Below are positions 50,766 through 60,894 of a DNA stretch of 64,000 bases, piece by piece (position 1 is the first letter of the stretch; each line of letters starts with the position of its first letter). The stretch comes from a bacterium. GTDB lineage: Bacteria > UBA8248. The position numbers and the translations under genes are program-made. The notes under the pieces were generated by a model. The model was not told the DNA's origin, searched no databases, and saw only the letters and a program-made list of their open reading frames with translations. The stretch lies in the NCBI GenBank assembly GCA_965200245.1, contig CBDATS010000015.1, forward strand, positions 32,001 through 96,000, given 5' to 3'.

Positions 50766-52175
50766 TTGTCTACGGCCCCGGAGAAACGCAGCCTCGCAAT
50801 TCACAGGAAAGCCGAAAGAAAGCTCCAGTGGGAGACGATCTTCATCATTGGGGTGATCCATTTGCTCGCCTTGATGGCTTTTGATCTGGACTATTTCAGT
50901 GTATCCGGCCTCGTGGTGGGAATCGTGATGTATTTCGTCGCCGGAATGATAGGTGTGACAGTCGCCTACCACAGGCTCCTTACTCACAGGAGTTTCCGTA
51001 CGTATAAGCCGGTGGAGTATTTTCTGACGTTTTGCGCCTGCCAGGCGCTTCAGAGCGGGCCCATCGAGTGGGTGGCGATGCACCGCATTCACCACAAGGA
51101 ATCGGATGAGGAACCCGATCCCCATTCCCCGCTCGTGAACTTTCTGTGGGCGCACGCCGGATGGCTGTTCGTCAGCTTGCCGGACGCACATACCTGCAAG
51201 GAATATTCGCGCTTTGCGAAGGATTTGCACCGCGACAGGTGGCAGCGTTTTTTCGACATGTTCTTTTTCCCCATCTATGTAATGACTGCGGTGGCGATCT
51301 ACTTCGCCGGGGAATGGTACGGCGGCCTTGGAATGTCCTGGCTCGTCTGGGGGGTATTCGTGCGCACGGTCGTCTTGTGGCATTGCACTTGGGCGGTCAA
51401 TTCAGTGACGCATACCTTCGGCTATCGCAATTACAACACGGACGAGGAGAGTACGAACAACTGGCTGGTCGCCATCTTGTCCTTCGGCGAGGGGTGGCAC
51501 AACAACCACCATTCGGATCAGCGCTCGGCCGCTCACGGTCAAAGGTGGTTTGAGGTGGACATAACATACCGGTTCATCAAGATGATGGAACTCCTGGGTC
51601 TGGCTTGGGAGGTGAGGGAACCGAGCAAGCGCATCGTGGCGAAGAGGCTTGATATCATGGTGGACGACGAGGGTTTGCGCGCTGCGGAGGCAAGAAGGCA
51701 CGGGCCGGCGGAAGTGCGTGCCGAAGTGCTCCACACGATGACAGATCCGACGACGCCGCTGGAAGTCCCCAGAATGCCTTCGCTGGCCGAAGCGAGCGAG
51801 GCGGCGACAAATTCGGCCCGAAAAGCTATGGAATCCGTCAATACGGCGCTTGCGCACGCCTCTCATGCGCTTCGGTACAAAAAAGAAGATAAAGCGGACC
51901 AGTCAGTTCGCCAGATGCTGGAAAGGGGTAAGGACATGGCAATGGCGGATGTTGAGCAGGCCAAATACGCTGCGGCGGAAGCCGCCGAGTTCTCCGCCCA
52001 AGCGAGTGCCTACCTGGCGGATGCGAAGGACAGGACGACAGAATCCGCCCGTCAGGCGGTGGAGAAAGCGAAGGCGCTCGCGCAGGAAGCAGCTGATGCA
52101 GCCTCGAAAGCGGCCGATGAGATTGCGGTTGCTTTCAAGGGAATCGACAGACCTGTTATTACCTCTACGGTCTAG
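50766..52175 (+). CDS. Delta-9 fatty acyl desaturase with a long Ala-rich C-terminal extension
   Basis: His boxes HRLLTH, HRIHH, HNNHH; DPHSP; GEGWHNNHH; probable TTG start 50766. Confidence 0.92.
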   Translation: MSTAPEKRSLAIHRKAERKLQWETIFIIGVIHLLALMAFDLDYFSVSGLVVGIVMYFVAGMIGVTVAYHRLLTHRSFRTYKPVEYFLTFCACQALQSGPIEWVAMHRIHHKESDEEPDPHSPLVNFLWAHAGWLFVSLPDAHTCKEYSRFAKDLHRDRWQRFFDMFFFPIYVMTAVAIYFAGEWYGGLGMSWLVWGVFVRTVVLWHCTWAVNSVTHTFGYRNYNTDEESTNNWLVAILSFGEGWHNNHHSDQRSAAHGQRWFEVDITYRFIKMMELLGLAWEVREPSKRIVAKRLDIMVDDEGLRAAEARRHGPAEVRAEVLHTMTDPTTPLEVPRMPSLAEASEAATNSARKAMESVNTALAHASHALRYKKEDKADQSVRQMLERGKDMAMADVEQAKYAAAEAAEFSAQASAYLADAKDRTTESARQAVEKAKALAQEAADAASKAADEIAVAFKGIDRPVITSTV

Positions 52176-52185
52176 AAGGGAACTC

Positions 52186-52220
52186 AAAAAAAGCCGGAGC
52201 GTATTGCTTCGGCTTTTTTT
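52186..52220 (+). terminator. Intrinsic terminator (bidirectional form)
   Basis: A7-GCCGGAGC-gtatt-GCTTCGGC-T7 just after the desaturase stop. Confidence 0.85.
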
Positions 52221-52506
52221 GTGTCTCCTTGGGTATTGTGCGTGATAGAGCGTTTCACGTTACAGAGGCAACGACTGTACTCACAAGAGGTTTTTTGCCA
52301 GGTGATTGCGGGAGAAGCACAAGGCATTTTGAATATGCATCCCGATGCCCTGAGTGCCTTGACGCTCCAGTTCCCGGCTCTTAGATTATGGTCTCTTTTT
52401 CAGCGGTTTCCCCCAAGAAGCCGATTTGTTTTCGGGTGGCGGGTGTTTTCGAGCCATGTGAATCGTTTTTGACGGCGCGGCAGAGGCCGCGAATCCTGGA
52501 GGGCCA

Positions 52507-53550
52507 ATGGCCATGAGCGGAGTGAATGAAGAACAGTTGTTGAAAGACCTGAAAATTTACTATGACGCCGACGCGGACCTGAATCTGTTGCAGAACAGGA
52601 AAATCGCCGTCATTGGCTACGGAAGTCAGGGGCGCGCCCATGCGCTGAATGCGCAGGACAGCGGTGCGGACGTCGTTGTAGGTTTGAGGAAATCCTCTCC
52701 CCGCTGGAAACAGGCCGAAGAGGACGGTCTCGAGGTGATGGAGACGGCCGAGGCGGCCGAGGCGGGAGACATTGTGGTCATTCTCACCCAGGACCATCTC
52801 CAGCCTGCCATCTGGAAAGCGGATATCGAGCCCAATATGAAAGACGGCGATGCACTGGTGGTCGCCCACGGCTTCAACCTCAATTACGGACAGATTATTC
52901 CTCCGGACAATATCGACGTTGTGATGATCGCGCCGAAAAGCCCGGGCCATACCATGCGGTTTCAGTACGAAGACGGGCGCGGCGTGCCGGGTTTGGTGGC
53001 TGTCTTCCAGGACGCCACGGGCAAGGCGAAGGAATATGCGCTGGCTTATGGTAAGGCGGTGGGCTGCGCCCGCGCCGGCATCATCGAAACGACCATCGAG
53101 GAGGAGACCGAGACGGACCTCTTCGGCGAGCAGGCTGTGTTGTGCGGCGGTATCACCGAGTTGATCCGCGTCGCGTTCGAAACGCTTGTAGAGGCGGGCT
53201 ATCAACCTGCGCTGGCGTATTTTGAGTGCCTCCACGAGGTGAAACTGATTACGGATCTCATCTATCAGGGCGGCATCACCATGATGCGCTATTCGGTCTC
53301 GGACACCGCCGAGTATGGTGACATCACGCGGGGCAAGGTCGTCATCGACGAGGCAACGCGCGAGCGTATGCGCGGTATCCTGCGAGACATCCAGACGGGA
53401 AGATTCGCCAGTGAATGGATCAACGAGAACATGGTGAACCGGCCCACGTTCAATACGGTGGTGCGCAAGGAGAAAGAACACGACATTGAGGTAGTCGGCC
53501 GCCGGCTGCGCGCAATGATGCCCTGGATTGAGGAACGCGAGGTGAAATAA
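52507..53550 (+). CDS. ilvC: Ketol-acid reductoisomerase
   Basis: [43 protein letters not shown]. Confidence 0.97.
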   Translation: MAMSGVNEEQLLKDLKIYYDADADLNLLQNRKIAVIGYGSQGRAHALNAQDSGADVVVGLRKSSPRWKQAEEDGLEVMETAEAAEAGDIVVILTQDHLQPAIWKADIEPNMKDGDALVVAHGFNLNYGQIIPPDNIDVVMIAPKSPGHTMRFQYEDGRGVPGLVAVFQDATGKAKEYALAYGKAVGCARAGIIETTIEEETETDLFGEQAVLCGGITELIRVAFETLVEAGYQPALAYFECLHEVKLITDLIYQGGITMMRYSVSDTAEYGDITRGKVVIDEATRERMRGILRDIQTGRFASEWINENMVNRPTFNTVVRKEKEHDIEVVGRRLRAMMPWIEEREVK

Positions 53551-54621
53551 AGACCCATCTCTTCATGGGCAGAGTGCCGATAGACGGTGAGGGTGTCACG
53601 TAATGCCGGGGCCCATATGAGGTCGGCCAGGTGAGCGCGGGTGTGCACAGGGCGAACCGTCTTCCAGACAATGCTTCGCGGAAGCCCGTGCGCAGGGCTG
53701 GCGCGTGACGGCGAAGGGCGGCCAGCGATCACGAAACGCCGAAACCGACATGCCGTCCCCTGTGCTCGTGAAGGCGCATGCCAGTGTGCTCGCCGCGCGC
53801 GGGCAAAGGAAGTCGCGTGGCGGAACTCGGCCGCGGGTTCAAGTGCCTCTGTTGGGAAAACGCGGGCATCGTGCGTGAGGAGGGTCTGCCCGGGTAAAAT
53901 GTGCTCTTGCCTCGTGCGAGAGAGGCGAGTTCGCGTGACTGGTCAAGGCGGACCGAGAGCCGGGGCGCGAACTACCGGGTGGATTGTCCGTAAGCCGATG
54001 ACCCGCGCGGCGGGTGAATATTTTTCTGAAAATCGCCGAGTGCTCAATTGTGACCCAGGAACACCCCATAGGAGCCTGTTTGTGGGGAAATCCCGGAAAA
54101 GTCGTTATTTTTCGAAAAGATGATTATACGTGCTCGCCATCAGAGCGTCCGCTGGATGCCATCTTGCCACAGCTTTGACTCCGTGGCGTTGTAGTCACAC
54201 GAAACATATTCAAAGACACAGAAATAAATCCGTCCTTCCGTCAATGATGCGACGAACCACGTCAACGAATGAGAACTACCTGTATTTCATAGAGTATACT
54301 TTCCCGTTACCTTTTCGTTTCCCGTGGAATTTCGCTATGTTTATGGTTCGGGATGCCAGGCTCGGACAAGCCGGGTTTTCGGCTTCCTGCCGCGCCCCTT
54401 ACAGGGCAAACATCGGCTCGTCATCGCCCCAATACCGCTGGCAGCACATTTGACAAGCATTAAAACTCATCACTCAACTACTGATTCCACAGGAACAGTC
54501 GGTACCAGGAGAACACCGACACTCGTATGAGAGTTGTGAGCATTCTTGACTGCGCCCCGACCACCGTCCACGGCCGTTCGATCAGAGTGACCGTTCCATG
54601 GCTTCGATACAGAAGGCCGTA

Positions 54622-54720
54622 GTCAATGATTCCGAGGCGAAGCCGCGACGCGGCCCCCCCTCGTCGTCGCGCAGCGCGACGACGGTACGCAACGCAGAGA
54701 TGTCCACATCTGTCATTGGC
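54622..54720. repeat. Nested palindromic element in a long intergenic region
   Basis: Outer GTCAATGA/TCATTGGC; inner GCCGCG-A-CGCGGC, CGTCGTCGCGC-A-GCGCGACGACG (54662-54684) and AGATGT-CC-ACATCT. Confidence 0.5.
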
Positions 54721-55092
54721 GTTTCGTCCGAGTCCTGTGCTGAACATTGTACACTGCGCCGCTGGGCGTAGACTTCGAAAACGTCGGTTGCGCCAGCACC
54801 GGCATGTGCCAGTGTCCCGAATCATAAATTCGCATCATGATGCTTTCTTTTTCTTGAGGCAGAACCTTTTGACATTCTGGATTATTTGATTGTCATCCTT
54901 GCCCCACTTGAAAGGTTTCGGAGCATTATTGTGCTTTTCATAAGGTGCGATTATCAATTCGTCCCCTGGTGTGACACTGGTGGCCGATTCTGAAACGAAA
55001 CGACACCGAGGGGAACGAAAACCATGGTGACACGATGAATCCGCGCCTCAGCGAGTCTCCGAGAGAAGACGGGCGTTCCGGTGGAATCGCGC

Positions 55093-55956
55093 CTATTGCC
55101 GCAGGCCGCCGAATACCCCGGAGATACCAGATCGCTCGAAAATGCCGGCAACCTCTTCTTGCGCCGGGCCGAAGAACTGGCCCGTGATCGTATCGTCCTC
55201 GGCGACGCGGCGGGCGAAGCCGCCCTCCATGACCGGCAGATCGCTCCACGCTATGTCATCATAGCTGCGCTGCGTGTGGCTACCGGTGAGATTCATGAAG
55301 ACGATGTTGGCCCGCAGGGTTTGCGGCGAACCAAGCTCGACGAAGACGTTCGCTTCTCCCTCGACGACCGCCTCGATGTCTTGCGTCACGCTATCGTCCC
55401 GACCCACGACGAAGCCTTGCCACGAAGCGCCGCCCGCTGGCACGGTCGGATTCTCTACCGTGGTGAACCCGAAAATATCGGTATGGACCCTGACGGCTCC
55501 CCGTCTCGGATCGGCTTCCCTCGTCAAGCGATCGACTTGTGAAACAAACAGACTGTGTTCCATCCATCCGCCGAGCACATGGACATCTGTGTCGTCTCCG
55601 CCGAAGCGCTCCACCACCTTGCGAACGCCGTTTGGCCCCGAAAGCACCTCCAATTCCACATCTTCAAGGTTGAAATCCTTCGAAGTATAAGCTTTCGTAA
55701 AGTCGTAGTAGCAAGTATTCTCATGACACTCATATCCCCGGAGACGCTGGGGTGTCGTCTCTCCCGCAGCGTATCCCAAAAGATCACCGCTGATCAGGAA
55801 ATTGGCTTGATCGGTAATCCGAGCGTAGTCGGTACGCGCGGTTTCCTCGGGCGTTGGCGATGTCTGTTCCGCGGACCTGCCGCCCCCGCTTCAAAGAGAG
55901 CATGCCGCCAACGTCAGGCACGCGAGTGCCAATCCCATCGCTTGTAAAATCTTCAT
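55093..55956 (-). pseudogene. TbpB-like beta-barrel surface lipoprotein with an in-frame TGA
   Basis: ATG 55956: MKILQAMGLALACLTLAAC-SL, TGA (55891-55893), then SGGG... in frame with ORF 55093..55779, which ends GQFFGP..EEVAGIF...ISGVFGG. Confidence 0.75.
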
Positions 55957-56159
55957 GTCAATTGCCCCCAATGAAAGATATCCTTGCCTTTGTTCTTTGC
56001 TGTTTTTCTTTCTTGATACTTTGAATCCGCCATGCATAGCTCACCATTATCTTTTCATATTTCTGGTGTATATCCTAATTTTTTTTCGGATTTGGTTGAA
56101 AGAAGTCAAAGGGCGTCGTATCCTTTGAAACGATGTTTTGGGCCGCCGAGAGGTAGTGG

Positions 56160-56636
56160 ATGAACGTTCAGAAAATCAAATTTCTTATCGCGGGTATTGT
56201 GATTCTAAGTGCATTCGCCTATTTGGCTGTCTCGGGATTTCAAAGTGAGAATCTGGTGTATTTCCTCACGGTGGATGAGGTAGCCGAGAAAGCGCCGGCC
56301 CTGCGTAGTCGTGGAATAAGGGTGCAGGGAAAGATTGTGCCCAGGACGCTTCGGAAAAATCCCGACGCCATGCAACTCGCCTTCCATATCCAGGGCGAAA
56401 AGGGAACATTGCCCGTGAGTTACAAAGGTGTTCCCCCTGATTTGCTCGAAAACGGATTTCCTGTTATTGCCGAAGGGAAACTTGACGGCAAGGGGGTTTT
56501 GGTGGCGAAGAATCTGATGGTCGCGTGCCCCTCGAAATTCGAGGAAATGAAAGAGGCGGGGGAAAGCATACCAACGAATCACGAGGCTTTGATGAAAGAA
56601 GCCGAGAAGCGAAAGCTGACGACAGAAGCCAGATAG
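56160..56636 (+). CDS. ccmE: Cytochrome c maturation heme chaperone, Cys variant
   Basis: N-terminal TM, VYFLTVDE, V.YKG..PD, AEG, ACPSKF. Confidence 0.9.
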   Translation: MNVQKIKFLIAGIVILSAFAYLAVSGFQSENLVYFLTVDEVAEKAPALRSRGIRVQGKIVPRTLRKNPDAMQLAFHIQGEKGTLPVSYKGVPPDLLENGFPVIAEGKLDGKGVLVAKNLMVACPSKFEEMKEAGESIPTNHEALMKEAEKRKLTTEAR

Positions 56637-56709
56637 CTCGACTGCCAACAACACGACCCTAGTCTCTCGTGCAAGTTTGAAAATCCGATCCACCCCCGGG
56701 AGTTTTCCG

Positions 56710-58674
56710 TTGCTCGCCATTCAGTTCGGACACTACAGCTTGCTGGCTTCGCTCGTTCTGGCGGTGTTCGGGATCGCGGCGTCCATATTTGGGGCTCAAA
56801 GACGCAGGGCCGACCTCATCGCTTCGGGCCGTAACGCCGCCGTCGGTGTGTACTGGCTGGTGAGCGGTGCGAGCGCGTGCCTTGTCTACCTGCTTATGGT
56901 GCGTGACTACCGGGTGGAATATGTGGCCGGACACGTCAACAACACCCTGAACGGGTTTTATCGCTTCAGCGCGTTTTGGGGTGGGCAGGAGGGTAGTCTG
57001 CTGCTTTGGCTTCTGCTCCTTTGCGTCTATGCGTTCGTCGTCATCCGCCAGAACCGCGACAGAAACCTGGAACTGATGCCTTACGTGACGGCCACTCTCA
57101 TGGCGACGGCACTTTTTTTCCTGGTGATTCTCAATTTCGTCACTCCGCCTTTCGATACGCTTGCTACCCCTCCCGCGGACGGACGTGGCCTGAACCCGCT
57201 ATTGCAGGACTGGGGGATGGTAATCCATCCGCCCAATCTGTATCTGGGCTACGTGGGTTTCGCCGTGCCCTTCGCGTTTTGCATCGGCGCCTTGGCGAGC
57301 GGGAAGCTTGATACCGACTGGATTACCTCGACGCGCCGCTGGACGTTGTTCGCCTGGTTTTTCAACGGGGTGGGCATTCTGCTCGGCGGCGCGTGGGCCT
57401 ACAAGGAGTTGGGTTGGGGTGGATACTGGGCGTGGGACCCGGTGGAGAATGCGAGCCTGATGCCCTGGCTCGTGGGAACCGCCTTCCTTCATTCGGTGAT
57501 GATCCAGGAGAAGCGAGGAATGCTCAAGGTCTGGAACGTCTCGCTTATCATCATCACCTACGCCCTCACAATATTCGGCACTTTCCTGACGAGAAGCGGT
57601 ATTATTTCAAGCGTGCACGCCTTTGCGAACTCGTCGTTCGGCTGGGCGTTTCTGGTCTATCTCCTGGTGGCACTCGTTATCGCCTTCGGGCTGATGATAT
57701 GGCGCTTGCCCCGGCTTCAAAGTGAACACGAGATGGAAAGTTTCTTCTCTCGCGAGGCGAGTTTTCTCCTCAATAACGTCGTGCTCGTGGGCATTACGTT
57801 CGCTGTCTTCTGGGGAACGATTTTCCCGGTCGTCTCCGAAGCGGTGAAGGGGATCAAGGTCACCGTCGGGCCGCCGTTCTTCAATCAGGTGAACGTGCCG
57901 ATTGGTCTTTTGCTCATATTGCTTTGCGGTGCGGGTCCGCTTTTCGCATGGCGCAGGACATCGCGAAAACAGATGAACAAAAGCTTCGTCTACCCTTCGG
58001 TGGTGGCGGTGGGAGCTCTTCTCGTTCTGGTGCTCTTCGGCGTCCGCCACGTATATGCAGTGCTCACGTTCGGTCTGTGCGCGTTTGTTGCGGGAACGAT
58101 TGTTCTTGAGTATTGGCGGGGAATCACCTCGCGCGTGCGCCACCAGGGAGAGCGTTTCACCCTGGCCGCGTGGGAACTCACCATGCGGAACAAAAGGCGT
58201 TTCGGGGGTTACATCGTCCATCTCGGGATGGCGATACTGTTTGTGGGCGTGGCGGCGTCTTCCGCCTACCAGGAAGTGGGTGAAGTGCGTCTTCGTCTGG
58301 GTGAGAGTTTCGCGCTCGACGGCGTGCGGATGCGCTTTGAGGGGATTCGCGAAAGTACGACCCCGCAATACAGCTCCGCTTTCGCGCGACTGGGCGTTTA
58401 CCGGGCGGGGTATCGCATCGGAGAGGTGGAACCCGAAAAAAGGCTCTATTTCACACCGCCGCAACCGACGACGGAACCCGGCATCCGCCGGGGTGCGCGG
58501 TCGGACATCTACGCCGTCTTCGCCGAGGCGGACCCAGACGGCGCGGCCACGTTCAAGTTCATGGTAAATCCGCTCGTGAACTGGGTTTGGGCAGGAGGTG
58601 TGGTCTTTGCGCTCGGATCCATTGTTTGCTTCCTGCCTGAACGCTGGGGCAGGCGCAGGAAGAGGCGAACTTGA
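56710..58674 (+). CDS. ccmF: Heme lyase CcmF
   Basis: WGGQEGSLLLW, GLNPLLQ, IHPP, WGGYWAWDPVEN, SVHAF; probable TTG 56710. Confidence 0.96.
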   Translation: MLAIQFGHYSLLASLVLAVFGIAASIFGAQRRRADLIASGRNAAVGVYWLVSGASACLVYLLMVRDYRVEYVAGHVNNTLNGFYRFSAFWGGQEGSLLLWLLLLCVYAFVVIRQNRDRNLELMPYVTATLMATALFFLVILNFVTPPFDTLATPPADGRGLNPLLQDWGMVIHPPNLYLGYVGFAVPFAFCIGALASGKLDTDWITSTRRWTLFAWFFNGVGILLGGAWAYKELGWGGYWAWDPVENASLMPWLVGTAFLHSVMIQEKRGMLKVWNVSLIIITYALTIFGTFLTRSGIISSVHAFANSSFGWAFLVYLLVALVIAFGLMIWRLPRLQSEHEMESFFSREASFLLNNVVLVGITFAVFWGTIFPVVSEAVKGIKVTVGPPFFNQVNVPIGLLLILLCGAGPLFAWRRTSRKQMNKSFVYPSVVAVGALLVLVLFGVRHVYAVLTFGLCAFVAGTIVLEYWRGITSRVRHQGERFTLAAWELTMRNKRRFGGYIVHLGMAILFVGVAASSAYQEVGEVRLRLGESFALDGVRMRFEGIRESTTPQYSSAFARLGVYRAGYRIGEVEPEKRLYFTPPQPTTEPGIRRGARSDIYAVFAEADPDGAATFKFMVNPLVNWVWAGGVVFALGSIVCFLPERWGRRRKRRT

Positions 58675-59280
58675 ATGACGGAGATTCTGGGCGCCCTAAT
58701 CACATCGGGAGCCGTAGGTGTTGCTTTTTTCTACACGATCCTGCCCCTCATGCGACCGGAGACTGCGAAAGGTGTGTTGCCCCATGAAGAAAACGCACAA
58801 CCGCTTTCGAATCGCGAGTTGACGCGTTTGTTGATGGAGCGTGAGCAGGCTTACAAGAACATCCTGGACATTGAGTTTGACAGGGAGATGGGCAAACTCT
58901 CCGATGAAGATTATGCTCAGATGATTGCGTCCGCCCGCGCCCGGGCGGTGGAGGTGCTGAGACACCTCGAAGCCAGAGGGGTGAAGGAGGGTATGGCGCC
59001 TGTCCAGATGACCGAGCGAGAGGCGGCCGAGGCAGTGGCCCGGATCGACACGGCCAGTTCCGCATCCTCGAAAGTCGTAACCGGGAAATCACTCGATGAA
59101 CGGTTGGAGGATGAGGTTCTGCGCTACAGGAAAGTCGTGGGCGAATCGCAGGACGAATTCCCCGATTCGTCATCGGGTGGACAGGTGAAAAATGTGAAGC
59201 CCCGGTTTTGCGCCTCATGCGGAAACACCGTGGAAAAAGCGGATAATTTCTGCTCTGCCTGTGGGCGAAAGCTAAATTGA
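58675..59280 (+). CDS. Ccm-associated membrane protein (CcmI-like N-terminus plus zinc ribbon)
   Basis: TM, REQAYKNILDIEFDREMGKLSDEDY, C-terminal FCASCG...FCSACG. Confidence 0.75.
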   Translation: MTEILGALITSGAVGVAFFYTILPLMRPETAKGVLPHEENAQPLSNRELTRLLMEREQAYKNILDIEFDREMGKLSDEDYAQMIASARARAVEVLRHLEARGVKEGMAPVQMTEREAAEAVARIDTASSASSKVVTGKSLDERLEDEVLRYRKVVGESQDEFPDSSSGGQVKNVKPRFCASCGNTVEKADNFCSACGRKLN

Positions 59281-60179
59281 AGCGCATCCCTGCCGTAAGC
59301 AGACTGATCGCCTTGGGCTTGTTTCTGAAATGTTCTTTGATCGCCCCGTCATATGCGGCTCCTGCGAAGCTGCAGGCTGCTCCTCCCAAGACGAAAACCG
59401 CAGTCACGGGTCCCACGACGACGGATCTCTCCCGGCTCAAGCTAAGGCGCAACATCCTTGCCATCCGACTTGAGAAGGGGTTTTTCGAGATGGTGGAGAT
59501 GATGGATTTCGAAAACGAGGGAAGTGCCACCATCGTATCCAGGGGAGGCGCTCCTACGCTGCGGTTCGTCTTGCCGAGAAGCAGCAATGTCAGAAACCCC
59601 AGGGCACGGTGGGGAGCGGCGCCTGCAGGAGTGGATCCCAAATTTCTCACTTCAATCGGGGATGAAATTCAGACGAGCGAGCCTATCCCACCAGGCCGAA
59701 AGTTCATTGTCCTGCTATATCGCCTGGAAGATGAATTCGGCGGCATCAGGGTGGAGAAGCCCATGCTCTACGACACACCGAGTTTGACCGTCCTGCCGGA
59801 GAAGGACCGCGTACAGGCTCAGGCTATCGGTCTTGCTGCACAACCCGCAGTCGAATTTCAGAACCGTGAATACAACCGTTTCGTGGGCACCGCCAGCGCA
59901 GGTACGGTGGTGCAGATCGACATGCAGGCGCCCGATTCGATGGGCGGCCTGGGCGTTTTTTACGTCGTGGGTAGCGTTGTCGTCGTGCTGAGTCTGGGGC
60001 TTGGGTTGTACATCCGGAAAAAGAGGAACACGGCCTATTCGGTCCAGGTGGAGCGCGAAGAGATATTGCGCGTCATCGCCCTGCTGGACGACAGGCTCGA
60101 GGCGGGAGAAATGTCCTCGGAGGAGCACGCCCGCGAACGCGCCCCGCGTTTTGAACGCCTGAAAGAACTCTCGGAATAA
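59277..60179 (+). CDS. Ccm-associated hypothetical exported single-pass membrane protein
   Basis: Signal peptide, beta-rich domain, TM, tail REEILRVIALLDDRLEAGEMSSEEH. Confidence 0.75.
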   Translation: MKRIPAVSRLIALGLFLKCSLIAPSYAAPAKLQAAPPKTKTAVTGPTTTDLSRLKLRRNILAIRLEKGFFEMVEMMDFENEGSATIVSRGGAPTLRFVLPRSSNVRNPRARWGAAPAGVDPKFLTSIGDEIQTSEPIPPGRKFIVLLYRLEDEFGGIRVEKPMLYDTPSLTVLPEKDRVQAQAIGLAAQPAVEFQNREYNRFVGTASAGTVVQIDMQAPDSMGGLGVFYVVGSVVVVLSLGLGLYIRKKRNTAYSVQVEREEILRVIALLDDRLEAGEMSSEEHARERAPRFERLKELSE

Positions 60180-60192
60180 GAGGTCGGATGCC

Positions 60193-60894
60193 ATGCTGGA
60201 GGCTCTGGGCGTATCCAGGCGATACGGATGGAGATGGGCGCTCAGGGATTTGGACCTCACTCTCTTCCCGGGAGAGACGGTCGCTCTTTTGGGCAAAAAC
60301 GGATCCGGTAAGACCACTCTCATCAAGACACTGGCTGGCTTGCTGAGGCCTACTAAAGGAGAGGTGCGCATGGCCGGCAAGCCGATCTCGCGTGTGGCGA
60401 AAAAGAGAATCGGCCTGCTCTCACACGAACCCATGCTCTATGAGGGGCTGACGATACGTGAAAACCTCAGGTACTTCGCCAGACTTTATGGCGTGGAGAA
60501 TGCAGATATATCGGGTCGCGTGGAGTCTTTGGCGAAAATGCTCGGCATCCCGGAGCGCCTTGATGAGCCCGTGCGTATCCTGAGCCAGGGCCTCAGGCAA
60601 CGCGCGGCTCTTGCGCGAGCGCTTTTGCACGAACCCGAAATCGTGCTGCTAGATGAACCTTTCTCCGGTCTCGACCCCGAGGCGGCCGAACGTCTCGGGA
60701 ATGTAGTCCGCGCGCTTGGTGAAAGAGGGGAGCGCATCGTGGTGTTCACGACGCACGACCTCTCAAAAGCCTTCGGGATAGGTGATAGAATCGTTGTTTT
60801 GGCCGAGGGCAGGATCGCATATGCAGAAAATGCCGCGAATTCACGGGAAGAGGAAATTATGGCCGCATTCGATGCATCCCCTGGAGATGCATGA
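60193..60894 (+). CDS. ccmA: Heme ABC exporter ATPase
   Basis: GKNGSGKT, LSQG, LLDEPF; ccm context. Confidence 0.9.
   Translation: MLEALGVSRRYGWRWALRDLDLTLFPGETVALLGKNGSGKTTLIKTLAGLLRPTKGEVRMAGKPISRVAKKRIGLLSHEPMLYEGLTIRENLRYFARLYGVENADISGRVESLAKMLGIPERLDEPVRILSQGLRQRAALARALLHEPEIVLLDEPFSGLDPEAAERLGNVVRALGERGERIVVFTTHDLSKAFGIGDRIVVLAEGRIAYAENAANSREEEIMAAFDASPGDA

Noticed and set aside
52381-53481. 366-aa minus-strand ORF
   Set aside because: Antisense shadow of ilvC
55891-55893. In-frame TGA as selenocysteine or recoded stop
   Set aside because: It lies in a Ser/Gly linker with no redox motif, I see no convincing SECIS hairpin, and TGA is a normal stop for many genes here
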